Shown here in pieces: positions 1 through 9,991 of a DNA stretch of 64,000 nucleotides. Origin of the DNA: an uncultured candidate division Zixibacteria bacterium (GTDB lineage: Bacteria > Zixibacteria > MSB-5A5 > RBG-16-43-9); NCBI GenBank assembly GCA_963713865.1, contig OY970208.1, forward strand, positions 1,760,001 to 1,824,000. The letters are read 5' to 3'. The stretch's first letter is position 1; each line of letters starts with the position of its first letter. A program made the position numbers and the translations under genes. Under the pieces are notes generated by a model. That model did no database searches. It was not told the DNA's origin and worked only from the letters and a program-made list of their open reading frames with translations.

Positions 1-922
1 CGATGGCATTAATAAGATGGTATCTTTCCCAGAAGCGGATTTGGTTATAAATGCCATAGTGGGTTCAGCTGGGCTTCTACCCAGTCTTGCTACTCTTCAA
101 GCTGGAAAGACGTTAGCTCTGGCGAATAAGGAATCTTTAGTTATGGCGGGTGAACTTCTTACCGATCTGGCAAAAAAGAAAAGACTTGAAATTCTTCCGG
201 TGGATAGTGAGCATTCCGCTATAAAGCAATGCCTGCAGTCCGGGAAGAAAAGCGAGGTTAAAAAATTGATTTTAACTGCTTCTGGTGGCCCGCTCTATTT
301 AAGCAAAAAGAAAGATTTCTCTAAAATTACCATAAAACAAGCCCTTTCCCATCCCACCTGGGAGATGGGTAAAAAGATCACCATAGATTCAGCTACCTTG
401 ATGAATAAAGGATTAGAGATAATCGAAGCTCACTGGCTCTTTAAAATACCAGCATCTCAGATAAAAGTTATCATCCATCCCCAATCGGTGATTCACTCTA
501 TGGTAGAATTCGTGGACGGCTCAATCATAGCGCAGATGAGTAACCCGGATATGAAAATGCCATTGCAATATGCTTTGCTATATCCTGAAAGGATAAAAAC
601 AAATAACAGTTTTTTAGATCTTACCAGAGTAAAAAATCTTACCTTTTTAGAACCAGATTTAAGAAGGTTTCCCGGACTCAAGCTCTGTTATTTTGCCCTG
701 GAATTAGGAGGGACTGCTCCTTGTGTTCTCAATGCATCAAATGAAGTTGCAGTTGAATCTTTTTTGAATAAGAAACTCTCATTTGATAAAATCCCTTTTC
801 TGGTAAGGAAAGTTCTATCAAATCATAAGGTAAAGCAGAATCCGAGCTTAAAAGAGATATTGGAGGCTGACAGGTGGGCAAGAAAGGAAAGCTTGAATTT
901 TATTCAGAGGAAAATCAGATGA
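1..922 (+). CDS. dxr: 1-deoxy-D-xylulose 5-phosphate reductoisomerase (5'-truncated by window edge)
   Basis: Motifs LALANKESLV, PVDSEHSAI, LTASGGP, HPTWEMGKKITIDSATLMNKGLE; frame open to the window start. Confidence 0.97.
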   Translation, partial: DGINKMVSFPEADLVINAIVGSAGLLPSLATLQAGKTLALANKESLVMAGELLTDLAKKKRLEILPVDSEHSAIKQCLQSGKKSEVKKLILTASGGPLYLSKKKDFSKITIKQALSHPTWEMGKKITIDSATLMNKGLEIIEAHWLFKIPASQIKVIIHPQSVIHSMVEFVDGSIIAQMSNPDMKMPLQYALLYPERIKTNNSFLDLTRVKNLTFLEPDLRRFPGLKLCYFALELGGTAPCVLNASNEVAVESFLNKKLSFDKIPFLVRKVLSNHKVKQNPSLKEILEADRWARKESLNFIQRKIR

Positions 923-1971
923 TAAATATCATATCCTTCATAGTGGTATTAGGGATTTTAGTTTTCGTGCATGAATTAGGACATTTCTTGGTAGCTAAAA
1001 GGATGGGGATCAAGGTAGAAAGGTTTTCTTTAGGCTTTCCACCCAAGATGATAGGCAAGAAGGTAGGTGATACAGAATATTGTATCTCCTGGATACCCTT
1101 AGGCGGTTATGTGAAAATGGCTGGAGAAAATCCAGAAGAGGAAAAGGAGAGATGGGAGTCCTATGAATTTATGGGTAAACCACCCTGGCAGAGAGGTTTG
1201 ATTATTTTTGCCGGTCCGCTTATGAATTTTCTTTTAGCAATATTTGTTTTCTGGGGTGTGGTCTTTTTTAGTGGAAAAGAGATAGTGTATTATGATAAGA
1301 CCACCATAGGATTAGTGGGTAAAGATTCACCAGCAGAAAAGGCTGGGCTTAAAAGCGGAGACCAGATCCTTTCAGTTAATGGGGTAGAGGTTAAAAATTT
1401 CATGGATATGGCGGAGATAATCTATAAAGAAGTGGAAAAACCGGTGGTTTTGAAATGGAAAAGAGGAAATGAAATTCTTGAAGCTCAAGTTACTACATTT
1501 AAAGAAAAAGTTGAGGACGAGGATGGTAAACCTAAGGAGGTAGGGAAGATAGGGGTAAGCCCTACGTATATCATTATTCGCCTGAATATTTTTCAGTCAT
1601 TATTAGAAGGGATCGGGACGACTATTTTTATTACTGTCGAGTCAGTTAAATTCGTAGTCGGGCTTTTCACTGGTGCGGCTTCTTTGAAAATGGTCGGAGG
1701 TCCAATCTTTATTGCCCGCACAGCCGGAGAAACTGCCAAATTAGGACTGGCAAGTTTTTTCTCTTTTATAGCTTTACTCTCGGTTAATCTATCGATCATA
1801 AATATCCTTCCCATACCAGTCCTGGATGGAGGTCATATCCTCTTCTTAGGTATGGAGAAAATAAGAAGGAAACCTCTTTCTCTTAAACAAAGAGCTATTG
1901 TTCAGCAGATCGGACTAGCCTTTCTATTAGCTCTGATTATATATGTGAGCTATAATGATATATTAAGATAG
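919..1971 (+). CDS. rseP: RIP metalloprotease RseP (M50) with PDZ domain
   Basis: HELGH, IPLGGYVKM, NILPIPVLDGGH; ATG 919 overlaps the dxr stop (ATGA); conserved dxr-rseP order. Confidence 0.95.
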   Translation: MINIISFIVVLGILVFVHELGHFLVAKRMGIKVERFSLGFPPKMIGKKVGDTEYCISWIPLGGYVKMAGENPEEEKERWESYEFMGKPPWQRGLIIFAGPLMNFLLAIFVFWGVVFFSGKEIVYYDKTTIGLVGKDSPAEKAGLKSGDQILSVNGVEVKNFMDMAEIIYKEVEKPVVLKWKRGNEILEAQVTTFKEKVEDEDGKPKEVGKIGVSPTYIIIRLNIFQSLLEGIGTTIFITVESVKFVVGLFTGAASLKMVGGPIFIARTAGETAKLGLASFFSFIALLSVNLSIINILPIPVLDGGHILFLGMEKIRRKPLSLKQRAIVQQIGLAFLLALIIYVSYNDILR

Positions 1972-1999
1972 AGAAGTCTCATTTTTTTATCGAAAATAC

Positions 2000-2027
2000 T
2001 TGACATATAAGATAGAAATAATATCTT
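2000..2027 (+). promoter_or_regulatory. sigma70-type promoter of the multiheme cytochrome gene
   Basis: TTGACA (2000-2005), 16-nt spacer, TATCTT (2022-2027). Confidence 0.5.
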
Positions 2028-2038
2028 TTCCAACTGAA

Positions 2039-2056
2039 ATGTGAAATTATTCACAT
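2039..2056. promoter_or_regulatory. Palindromic operator, Rex-like (also fits the CRP consensus)
   Basis: ATGTGAA-ATTA-TTCACAT, between the promoter and the start codon. Confidence 0.7.
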
Positions 2057-2075
2057 AAATAAGTTCTTAAGGGAG

Positions 2076-4022
2076 ATGTTATTGAAAAACGTGGGAACAA
2101 TTTTTCTTTCAGTATTAATACTTTTACTCTTATCGATCTTTTCCTGGGGAAAAGAGGTCGAGTGTCTTTCCTGCCATGGGGAAAAAGATTTAATAAAGAC
2201 AGATGAGTCCGGGAAAGAGGTTTCATTATATGTTGACTCCTCTGAAATTAAAAATTCAATTCACAAAGATTTGATCTGCACTGACTGCCATTCAGGAGTT
2301 AAGGATGAATTTCATTCAGTCAAACCGGAGAAGGTTCAATGCGGTAATTGTCATGAAGCAACTCTTCTGGAATATAAAGAAAGTTTTCATGGCAGAAAAT
2401 ATCTTCAAGGGATAAAAGATGCGCCCTGGTGTCAGGATTGTCACGGTTCTCATAATATAAGGGGAAAAGAGGACCCAAGCTCTCTCACTTATCGTCTGAA
2501 TATTCCTCAAATGTGCGGTAAATGTCATGCTGATACCGGTATGGCAAAAAAATATAATTTTCGAATTAAAAACCCATATAAACTTTATACTGAAAGCATC
2601 CATGGAAAAGCAGTTAGAGAAAAAGGATTAATCAATTCAGCAGTTTGCAACGACTGCCATGGAAGTCATTCTCTTAAAGAAGCTACTGATACTACTTCTT
2701 CAATCTATCGTTATAATGTTCCAGCCACCTGTAGCAAATGTCATTCTGACGATTATAAAATCTTCAAGGAGTCAATACATGGTCAAGCTGTCCTTGCCAA
2801 TAATCCGGAGGCTCCAGTATGCACAGATTGCCATAGTGAACATTCAATTCAACCTTCCTGGGTAAAAACCTCTTCGGTATATCCTGCCAATATCTCAAAA
2901 ACCACCTGTCCCTGGTGTCATTCCGCAGAGGTTATTACGGACAGATACGGCTTGGTTACTCGCAAGATAACTAAATATTTAGATAGCTACCATGGTGTGG
3001 ATAGTCGTGCCGGAAGAAATGAGGTGGCAAACTGTGCCAGCTGTCATGGTTATCACGACATAAGATCTTCTACGGATCCTAAATCCTCCATTAATCCAGC
3101 TAATCTCCCTAAAACCTGTGGAAAATGTCATCCTAATGCAGGAGAGAATTTCGCTAAAGGGAAAATCCATTTAGCGGTATCTCCAAAAAGCGAGAAGGGT
3201 GTATACGTAGTCGGCAGGATTTATGCGGTATTGATAATACTTATTATCGGGGGAATGGTTTTACATAATGCGCTGATAATCTTCAAAAGGGTCAGGGAAA
3301 AATACAAAGAGGCAAAAGAGGGAACGGTAATCCGCTTCAATCAGGGTGAGATCGTTCAGCATCTTTTACTTTTTATATCATTTACTACTTTAGCCCTGAG
3401 TGGGTTTGCCTTGAAGTTCCCGGATGCCTGGTGGGCTAAATGGATGCTGAGATCTGAAACCGGGGCACATTTCAGAAGCGATGTCCACCGCATAGCAGCA
3501 GTGGTCTTTATTCTGGTTTCTCTGTATCATATCTATTATCTTATTTCCAGCAAAAGGGGAAGAGCTCAACTCAGAGCTTTATTTCCCACACCCAATGACC
3601 TTTCCCTGTTAATTCAGAACATAAACTATCAGCTGGGCTTGGTCAAGGAAAGACCTAAATTCGACCGATACGCTTATATGGAAAAAGCTGAGTACTGGGC
3701 ATTGATCTGGGGAACTATAGTTATGGTTATAACCGGGTTCCCGATGTGGTTTGAGAATTTCTTTTTAAAATATATGACTACCTGGCTTTTGAATGTTTTT
3801 AGAGCGATTCATCTCTACGAAGCGATTTTAGCTACTACGGCTATTGTAGTCTGGCATATGTTCTTTATGATCTTTGAGCCGGAGAGCTATCCGGTTAACT
3901 TTGGTATGATTTTTGGCAGGATAACTGAAAAAGAATTGGAAGAAAAACATCCGGCTGAATATGATAGGTTAAAAGCTAAAGAAAAATCTGATTCAGAGAC
4001 AGAAGATGATTCTAAAAATTAA
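2076..4022 (+). CDS. Multiheme cytochrome c (11 CxxCH) fused to a membrane cytochrome b domain (CbcL-like)
   Basis: Signal peptide; 11 CxxCH motifs counted; C-terminal TM domain with conserved His residues and a KFDRYAYMEKAEYWALIWG motif. Confidence 0.9.
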   Translation: MLLKNVGTIFLSVLILLLLSIFSWGKEVECLSCHGEKDLIKTDESGKEVSLYVDSSEIKNSIHKDLICTDCHSGVKDEFHSVKPEKVQCGNCHEATLLEYKESFHGRKYLQGIKDAPWCQDCHGSHNIRGKEDPSSLTYRLNIPQMCGKCHADTGMAKKYNFRIKNPYKLYTESIHGKAVREKGLINSAVCNDCHGSHSLKEATDTTSSIYRYNVPATCSKCHSDDYKIFKESIHGQAVLANNPEAPVCTDCHSEHSIQPSWVKTSSVYPANISKTTCPWCHSAEVITDRYGLVTRKITKYLDSYHGVDSRAGRNEVANCASCHGYHDIRSSTDPKSSINPANLPKTCGKCHPNAGENFAKGKIHLAVSPKSEKGVYVVGRIYAVLIILIIGGMVLHNALIIFKRVREKYKEAKEGTVIRFNQGEIVQHLLLFISFTTLALSGFALKFPDAWWAKWMLRSETGAHFRSDVHRIAAVVFILVSLYHIYYLISSKRGRAQLRALFPTPNDLSLLIQNINYQLGLVKERPKFDRYAYMEKAEYWALIWGTIVMVITGFPMWFENFFLKYMTTWLLNVFRAIHLYEAILATTAIVVWHMFFMIFEPESYPVNFGMIFGRITEKELEEKHPAEYDRLKAKEKSDSETEDDSKN

Positions 4023-4290
4023 AAAGCTCATAAGATGTTTCTATTTAATGCGATCTTATTTCTTCTAACACCTTTAAAAATCGAAAATTTAGGCATGGAT
4101 ATTCTAATTCTGATTTAAAGAAAGTGCTATCAGCAAGGCAGATTGTCTACCAGAAAATACATATTTTATTCGACAGAGAAAATCCCAAGAGGTGAGAAAA
4201 GGTAGAGTTTAACGAATAAAAATATCTTGAAACGGAATCGATGGGGAATCGTATAATCTATAAAGAGACAAATATATTCGGGAGGAAAGG

Positions 4291-5013
4291 ATGAGACCAG
4301 TATCACAAAAAGAAAAGCCCAAAAAGAAGAAATCGATCTTGAGGGAATATATTGAGTCTTTTGGCATAGCCTTGATCTTAGCCCTGATGATCAAAACCTC
4401 AGTGGTGGAGGCTTATAAAATTCCTTCTGGCTCGATGGAAGATACTCTTTTAATTGGGGATTTTTTATTAGCTAACAAGTTCATCTATGGCTCCAGGCTT
4501 CCTATACCCTTTACTAACATTCATCTACCAGCCCTGAGAGAACCTAAGGCCGGTGATATCGTGATCTTTAAATATCCTCAGGACCAGAGGGTAAATTATA
4601 TTAAAAGATGTGTAGCGTTAGCTGGGGATGAAATATTGATCAAGGACAAGGTTCTATATGTAAATGGGAAAGAATTCATTAACCCGCCTACATCCAAATT
4701 CACAGATAGGGGTATTCTACCTACAGGAATAGGTAATAGAGACAATTTTGGTCCTTATGTTGTTCCTAAAGGTTATATTTTTATGATGGGAGACAATCGG
4801 GATAACAGCTACGACAGTAGGTTCTGGGGACCACTGGATCGGAAGCTGGTATTGGGCAAAGCTATGATTATTCACTACTCCTGGGAACCGGACCAGAATG
4901 CTCCTGCAGTTAGCCGGGACGATCTTCTTTCCATTCCCAAGAATATAGCCTATAATATTATCCATTTCCCTCAACGGGTAAGATGGAACCGGATCGGGCA
5001 TCTAATTAAATAG
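4291..5013 (+). CDS. lepB: Signal peptidase I
   Basis: IPSGSM, YIKR and MGDNRDNSYDSRFWG motifs. Confidence 0.96.
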   Translation: MRPVSQKEKPKKKKSILREYIESFGIALILALMIKTSVVEAYKIPSGSMEDTLLIGDFLLANKFIYGSRLPIPFTNIHLPALREPKAGDIVIFKYPQDQRVNYIKRCVALAGDEILIKDKVLYVNGKEFINPPTSKFTDRGILPTGIGNRDNFGPYVVPKGYIFMMGDNRDNSYDSRFWGPLDRKLVLGKAMIIHYSWEPDQNAPAVSRDDLLSIPKNIAYNIIHFPQRVRWNRIGHLIK

Positions 5014-5026
5014 AAATCACTATTAA

Positions 5027-5123
5027 GTAGTAGCAACAGTTACGGGCAGGAGTATAACTCCTGCCCGAACATTTTGAAAGATTCAGGAGACACCAGATCA
5101 GGAGCACCAAGCGACTGACCTGC
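5027..5123. repeat. Degenerate GTAG-type REP/REPIN-like element
   Basis: GTAGTAG start, hairpin GGGCAGGAGT-ATA-ACTCCTGCCC, ends TGACCTGC like the array repeats at 14-26 kb. Confidence 0.45.
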
Positions 5124-5137
5124 GAAGCTGGGCAAAT

Positions 5138-5167
5138 AAAAAAGCCCTCAGATTCTGAGGGCTTTTT
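5138..5167. terminator. Bidirectional intrinsic terminator
   Basis: AAAAAAGCCCTCAGA-T-TCTGAGGGCTTTTT between convergent genes. Confidence 0.85.
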
Positions 5168-5190
5168 AAATTTTACCTGTTGGTAGAATC

Positions 5191-8121
5191 TCAACCTAAT
5201 GGAGGTGGTCCTCCTCTGAACAAGTAGTTGATTAAATAAATTGTATCCTCTATGTTCACTACATTATCACAATTGACATCACCTGAAAAATATTGTCGGG
5301 GCAGTGCTCCTCCTTTAAAGAGATACTTTATCAAGTAAACCACATCAGAAACGGAGACTTTGTCATCATTGTTAAAATCCCCATTCAGCATATCTCCGAT
5401 AACTATATGTCCCTGAATAAAGTGAGGTTTTATTTCCAGAGAGTTTTCATCCACGAAAACCAGATGATTTCCCGGGGGAACCATACAGGTGTCAATCTCC
5501 ACAGTTTGCAATGGAGCATCTTCATTAAGGCTAAAGTACAGATTAGCCAAAAGTCCGTTACTTGGTAGGATAAGCGGCTCTACCAAAGCCACAATTCCAA
5601 TCAAGATCGTTTTATCGATGGGATTAATGTTTTTGACCTTTAACTCTATGTATTCTGCACGAGAACCGGCAAATGAAACCGAGTCACAGACCAGATCTGA
5701 GCTGTTATATTTCAAGGGGACATCAATTGCTGCTACGGGTTCACTATTGTAAAAGTAAACCGGAACCACAACCTGAGTGCCTGGCTGACCAGCTACTGTA
5801 GCTACCCTCACCGTATCCTCGCTTGAAGGGGTTGAAGGGGTTATGGCTAAAATCACCAGTATACTTTCCGGTGAATTGGTGGCTTCCGGGCAAGAGACAA
5901 CTATGTAGTCATAATAAGTATTCACTCCTAATCCGTTTATATCGACACTCAACCGAACATCAGATGGAGCTGTACCCTGATAAGCGCTCAAGCCGAGCCA
6001 GGAAGCCTGCTTGCTGGCAGTCCAGTTAAGCATACTTCCGCCGGAATTGCTTATAGTAAGCTTCTGGGAATTGGGATTATTTCCACCTGCAACTGCGCTG
6101 AAGCCGAATCTTTTTGAACTCAAGGCAATGGTCGGGACATTCGATTTAACTCTCAAAGTCACGGGAACGATTTTTGGACTGTTCCAGGCTCCTTCAGCCT
6201 GAATGCTGATGGTGGTAAAATAAGCACCAACCTTCAGTCCAGTGATGTCCACTGATAAAGTGGTCTGAGAAGGCGCCGTGCCTGAAATCGAGCTCAGAGT
6301 CAACCACCCAGCATCCTCCACTGCTGTCCAGTTCAACTCACCAACCCCGCTATTAGTTATCGAGAGATCCTGAGTTGGTGGATTCCCGTCTCCGATTTCC
6401 GCTGTGAAATCGAAATAAGCAGGGGAGGCAGAGATTATCGGAACAGTATCCGGGGGGTTACCTGTTAGCCTTAACTGATAGATATGGTCGGTGATGATAT
6501 CTGATACCCATAGGTATTGACCATCCCACTCTAACTCTGTGGCATTACTCCCAGGACCAGGAAATGCCCATAAAAGCTCACCCTGGCGGGTTAGCTTGTA
6601 AATCATACCATTAGAGCAATCGCAGATGAAGAAGTTCTCACCATCCCAGGTCAATCCATCCAGCAGGTTTACCGGGAAAGTTAGCTCTATGGTTTCCACC
6701 ACGTTCCAGTCAGAATCAAACCTGACTAAACTCCTTTTTGACGAACTTGCCGGACGGTCACAAGCCCAGATGCTCGTTCCGTCCCAGGCTAAGCCGGTTA
6801 CCTGTTCCAGCGGAGTCTGAATGGTCTGGACCAATTGACCACTTGTGGTCAGCTTGTAAATCCGGGCTTCGAACAGTGCGGCTAAATAAAGATACTGCCC
6901 ATCCCAGGTCATACCACTGACTATACCTCCATTCCACTCGAACTGGGAAAGGATGTTCCCCTGAGTATCCATATGATAGATAGTATTATGACCATCATAG
7001 GTACATGAGGTAGTCCAGAGATAGGTTCCATCCCAGGTTATGCCCCAGGTACCAGGATTACCTGGTGCTTGAAAATAAGTGACTATTTCATAAAACTGGG
7101 ATTTGTTCACATCCACAGATAAGTTGACAGGGACACTTATCGGATCTATGCCTGGATCAGAGGGGATGAAGTTAATCTGACCCCCATAGTATCCTGGAGA
7201 AAGACCGGTTATATCCACAGAGACTTCCACGTCAGTGGGTGTGGTGCCTGAGGTCGGAACTGCACTTATCCAGCTCTGAGAAGTGGACAAGGTCCAATCC
7301 AGGGGATTGCCTGTGCTTTTTATAGTAATGTATTTGCTTCCTGGGTTTTGCCCGCCAAAAAATGCCATAAAATTGAGACTGCCTGGAGTAACATACAGTC
7401 TATTAGTGTCTGGAAGCTGATTTAAATCTACCTGGTAGATATAATCCGTTCTGATATCTGCTACCCAGAGGTATTGACCATCCCACTCCAGCTCGGTAGC
7501 ATTGCTCCCGGGTCCAGGAAATGCCCATAAAAGCTCACCCTGGCGGGTTAGCTTGTAAATCATACCATTAGAGCAATCGCAGATGAAGAAGTTCTCACCA
7601 TCCCAGGTCAATCCATCCAGCAGGTTTACCGGGAAAGTTAGCTCTATGGTTTCCACCACGTTCCAGTCAGAATCAAACCTGACTAAACTCCTTTTTGACG
7701 AACTTGCCGGACGGTCACAAGCCCAGATGCTCGTTCCGTCCCAGGCTAAGCCGGTTACCTGTTCCAGCGGAGTCTGAATGGTCTGGACCAATTGACCACT
7801 TGTGGTCAGCTTGTAAATCCGGGCTTCGAATAGTGCTGCTAAATAAAGATACTGCCCATCCCAGGTCATACCACTGACTATACCTCCATTCCACTCGAAC
7901 TGGGAAAGGATGTTCCCCTGGGTATCCATATGATAGATAGTATTACGACCTTCATATGCACATGAGGTAGTCCAGAGATAGGTTCCATCCCAGGTTATGC
8001 CCCAAGTGCCGTAAGTGCCTGGTGCTTGAAATCGGGTGATTACCTTTTGCGCAAAAGCCATCGAGCTCCCCCAAAGCAATAACAAAGATAGAGCCACTAA
8101 GAAGACTATGACTCTTTTCAT
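5191..8121 (-). CDS. Secreted protein: two near-identical beta-propeller-like domains, BACON-like Ig domains, cohesin-like domain, C-terminal dockerin
   Basis: Signal peptide; repeated G(I/L/M)xWDG blades duplicated at a 957-bp offset; WLxxS..SGT BACON-like repeats; GDFNNDDKVSVSDVVYLIKYLF dockerin. Confidence 0.85.
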   Translation of the reverse strand: MKRVIVFLVALSLLLLWGSSMAFAQKVITRFQAPGTYGTWGITWDGTYLWTTSCAYEGRNTIYHMDTQGNILSQFEWNGGIVSGMTWDGQYLYLAALFEARIYKLTTSGQLVQTIQTPLEQVTGLAWDGTSIWACDRPASSSKRSLVRFDSDWNVVETIELTFPVNLLDGLTWDGENFFICDCSNGMIYKLTRQGELLWAFPGPGSNATELEWDGQYLWVADIRTDYIYQVDLNQLPDTNRLYVTPGSLNFMAFFGGQNPGSKYITIKSTGNPLDWTLSTSQSWISAVPTSGTTPTDVEVSVDITGLSPGYYGGQINFIPSDPGIDPISVPVNLSVDVNKSQFYEIVTYFQAPGNPGTWGITWDGTYLWTTSCTYDGHNTIYHMDTQGNILSQFEWNGGIVSGMTWDGQYLYLAALFEARIYKLTTSGQLVQTIQTPLEQVTGLAWDGTSIWACDRPASSSKRSLVRFDSDWNVVETIELTFPVNLLDGLTWDGENFFICDCSNGMIYKLTRQGELLWAFPGPGSNATELEWDGQYLWVSDIITDHIYQLRLTGNPPDTVPIISASPAYFDFTAEIGDGNPPTQDLSITNSGVGELNWTAVEDAGWLTLSSISGTAPSQTTLSVDITGLKVGAYFTTISIQAEGAWNSPKIVPVTLRVKSNVPTIALSSKRFGFSAVAGGNNPNSQKLTISNSGGSMLNWTASKQASWLGLSAYQGTAPSDVRLSVDINGLGVNTYYDYIVVSCPEATNSPESILVILAITPSTPSSEDTVRVATVAGQPGTQVVVPVYFYNSEPVAAIDVPLKYNSSDLVCDSVSFAGSRAEYIELKVKNINPIDKTILIGIVALVEPLILPSNGLLANLYFSLNEDAPLQTVEIDTCMVPPGNHLVFVDENSLEIKPHFIQGHIVIGDMLNGDFNNDDKVSVSDVVYLIKYLFKGGALPRQYFSGDVNCDNVVNIEDTIYLINYLFRGGPPPLG

Positions 8122-8623
8122 GTAAACCTCCCGTTTAAAGGTTTAAATAAGCAGACTTAATTCTGATTAAAATTCTGCTTAAAATTGACTATGATTGGAT
8201 TGTATTCTTAACGTAGTTTCTCCTTATGAAATTAATATAATTCTTAACTAACAATTGTCAAGAAAAAATTAAATCTTTTTTATACTTTTCAGGTGTATTG
8301 TTTCCAGATATACTGTCAGCATAATCCTCTAAGAGATAAGTGGTTAGGTTAGAGATTCTGAAGTGAAGAACAACTTTCTTTTAATCCACTTATAAATTCT
8401 ATTCGTGATCCGTTTTAAAGAAAATATTTCTTTAATAACTGAACTATTGAATATAATTTTTTACATTGACTCAACTCAGCCTAGAGTTATGATGTTCCTA
8501 CCCGACAAAATCCACTGATACCCGCTGATGGAACCCTTCATTGGAGATTATGTGATTGTGGCAATGCATAAATATCATATCAAAGAATATCTATTGAGGA
8601 GTAAAATAGTCCTAATTAAAAGC

Positions 8624-8652
8624 TTGACAATGGGTAAGATATTTACTATTAT
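8624..8652 (+). promoter_or_regulatory. sigma70 promoter of the ccm operon
   Basis: TTGACA-17 nt-TATTAT, ending 12 nt before the ccmA ATG. Confidence 0.7.
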
Positions 8653-8664
8653 CTCAGTAATTAT

Positions 8665-9303
8665 ATGATTTCCTTAGAGGTTAAAAATTTAGCTAAAAAT
8701 TTTGGCTATAGAAAAGTTTTCGAGGGGATTAATTTTTCAATTAAAAGTGGAAAATCTTTGGTGATTGTGGGGAAGAACGGTTCTGGCAAAACTACGCTTT
8801 TGAAGATCCTGGCAGGTCTATTAAAGCCCTCTAAGGGTGAAGTGATTATTAGTCTGAATGGTCAAATTAGAAAGAAGGAAGATAAGAGGAAACTATTAGG
8901 TTTTGTGGCTCCTGATTTATTTCTATATGATGAACTTACCGCTTTGGAGAACTTAGAATTTTTGGTTCAGATTCAGGGTTTGGGATTTAATAAATCAGAA
9001 TTAAACAAAAAATTAGAAGAGATGGGTTTAAGAGGGAGAGGAGATGATCTGGTATCATCTTATTCTTCCGGGATGAAACAGAGGTTGAAATATGTTTTTG
9101 CTTTGTTAAATAAACCCCAGATTTTGCTTTTGGATGAGCCAGGGAGCAATTTAGACGAACCGGGTCTTTTATTGCTGAATAAAATTATCGAGGAACAAAA
9201 GAAAAGGGGAATACTAGTCTTAGCCACCAATGACCAGAGGGAGACAAAATATGGGGATGAAATCCTCAACCTGGACCAGCAGAGTTTCGGCGTTATTCCT
9301 TAA
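8665..9303 (+). CDS. ccmA: Heme export ABC ATPase CcmA
   Basis: GKNGSGKT, YSSGMKQR, LLLDEP; first gene of the ccm operon. Confidence 0.88.
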   Translation: MISLEVKNLAKNFGYRKVFEGINFSIKSGKSLVIVGKNGSGKTTLLKILAGLLKPSKGEVIISLNGQIRKKEDKRKLLGFVAPDLFLYDELTALENLEFLVQIQGLGFNKSELNKKLEEMGLRGRGDDLVSSYSSGMKQRLKYVFALLNKPQILLLDEPGSNLDEPGLLLLNKIIEEQKKRGILVLATNDQRETKYGDEILNLDQQSFGVIP

Positions 9304-9934
9304 GGATTTCAAATCTGAACTGCGAACGCGCTATAGCCTGAACGCTTTGATAATGTTTGCAGTGGTTACTCTTACTGCGATCAGCTTCTCTATCGGTATG
9401 TTCTCTTTAAGCTCTAAAGTAAAAGCTTCTCTTTTCTGGATAGTTATTTTTTTCTCGGCTATGTCTGGGTTAGCCCAGGTTTTTATAAAAGAAGAAGAAT
9501 CAAAAACCTCCAATCTTTTGAAATTGGTGGCTTCGGCTGAGACGATCTTCGCTGGAAAGTTACTTTACAATTTGATTCTTCTGTTCTTTTTAGAGTTAAT
9601 TGTTGTACCCTTGTTTATAATTATGTTAGGGTTTTCGATTTTGAGTTATTGGTTATTTTTCAGCGTATTAATCTTAGGCAGTTTGGGTCTGGTTTGTGCG
9701 ACGACTATCATCGCTGCCATTGTTGCTAAAGCCAGCGTAAAGGGAGCATTATTTGCAGTTCTTTCTTTCCCAATTCTTCTGCCACTGCTGGTTACTCTGA
9801 TCAACGTTACGAATTTAGCTTCTGAGGGGGCTTCGTTTTCACGAGGGTTAAACGATCTGCAAATACTTTTTTCTTATGCTGTAGTGATGTTTGTTGCTTC
9901 ATTTTTACTTTTTGATTTCGTATGGGAGGAATGA
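9257..9934 (+). CDS. ccmB: Heme exporter permease CcmB (start 9251 or 9257)
   Basis: KDFKSELRTR, VLSFPILLPLL, six TM segments, operon position. Confidence 0.88.
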   Translation: MKSSTWTSRVSALFLKDFKSELRTRYSLNALIMFAVVTLTAISFSIGMFSLSSKVKASLFWIVIFFSAMSGLAQVFIKEEESKTSNLLKLVASAETIFAGKLLYNLILLFFLELIVVPLFIIMLGFSILSYWLFFSVLILGSLGLVCATTIIAAIVAKASVKGALFAVLSFPILLPLLVTLINVTNLASEGASFSRGLNDLQILFSYAVVMFVASFLLFDFVWEE

Positions 9935-9991
9935 AGAAGCAGGTAGCAAGTAGCTGGTAGTAAACAGGGAAAGAAAAAGGGAATAATAAAA

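Noticed and set aside
6490-8030. Near-identical repeat pair as a DGR template/variable region
   Set aside because: Both copies are in-frame parts of one protein, differences are mostly synonymous and not adenine-specific, and no reverse transcriptase is present.
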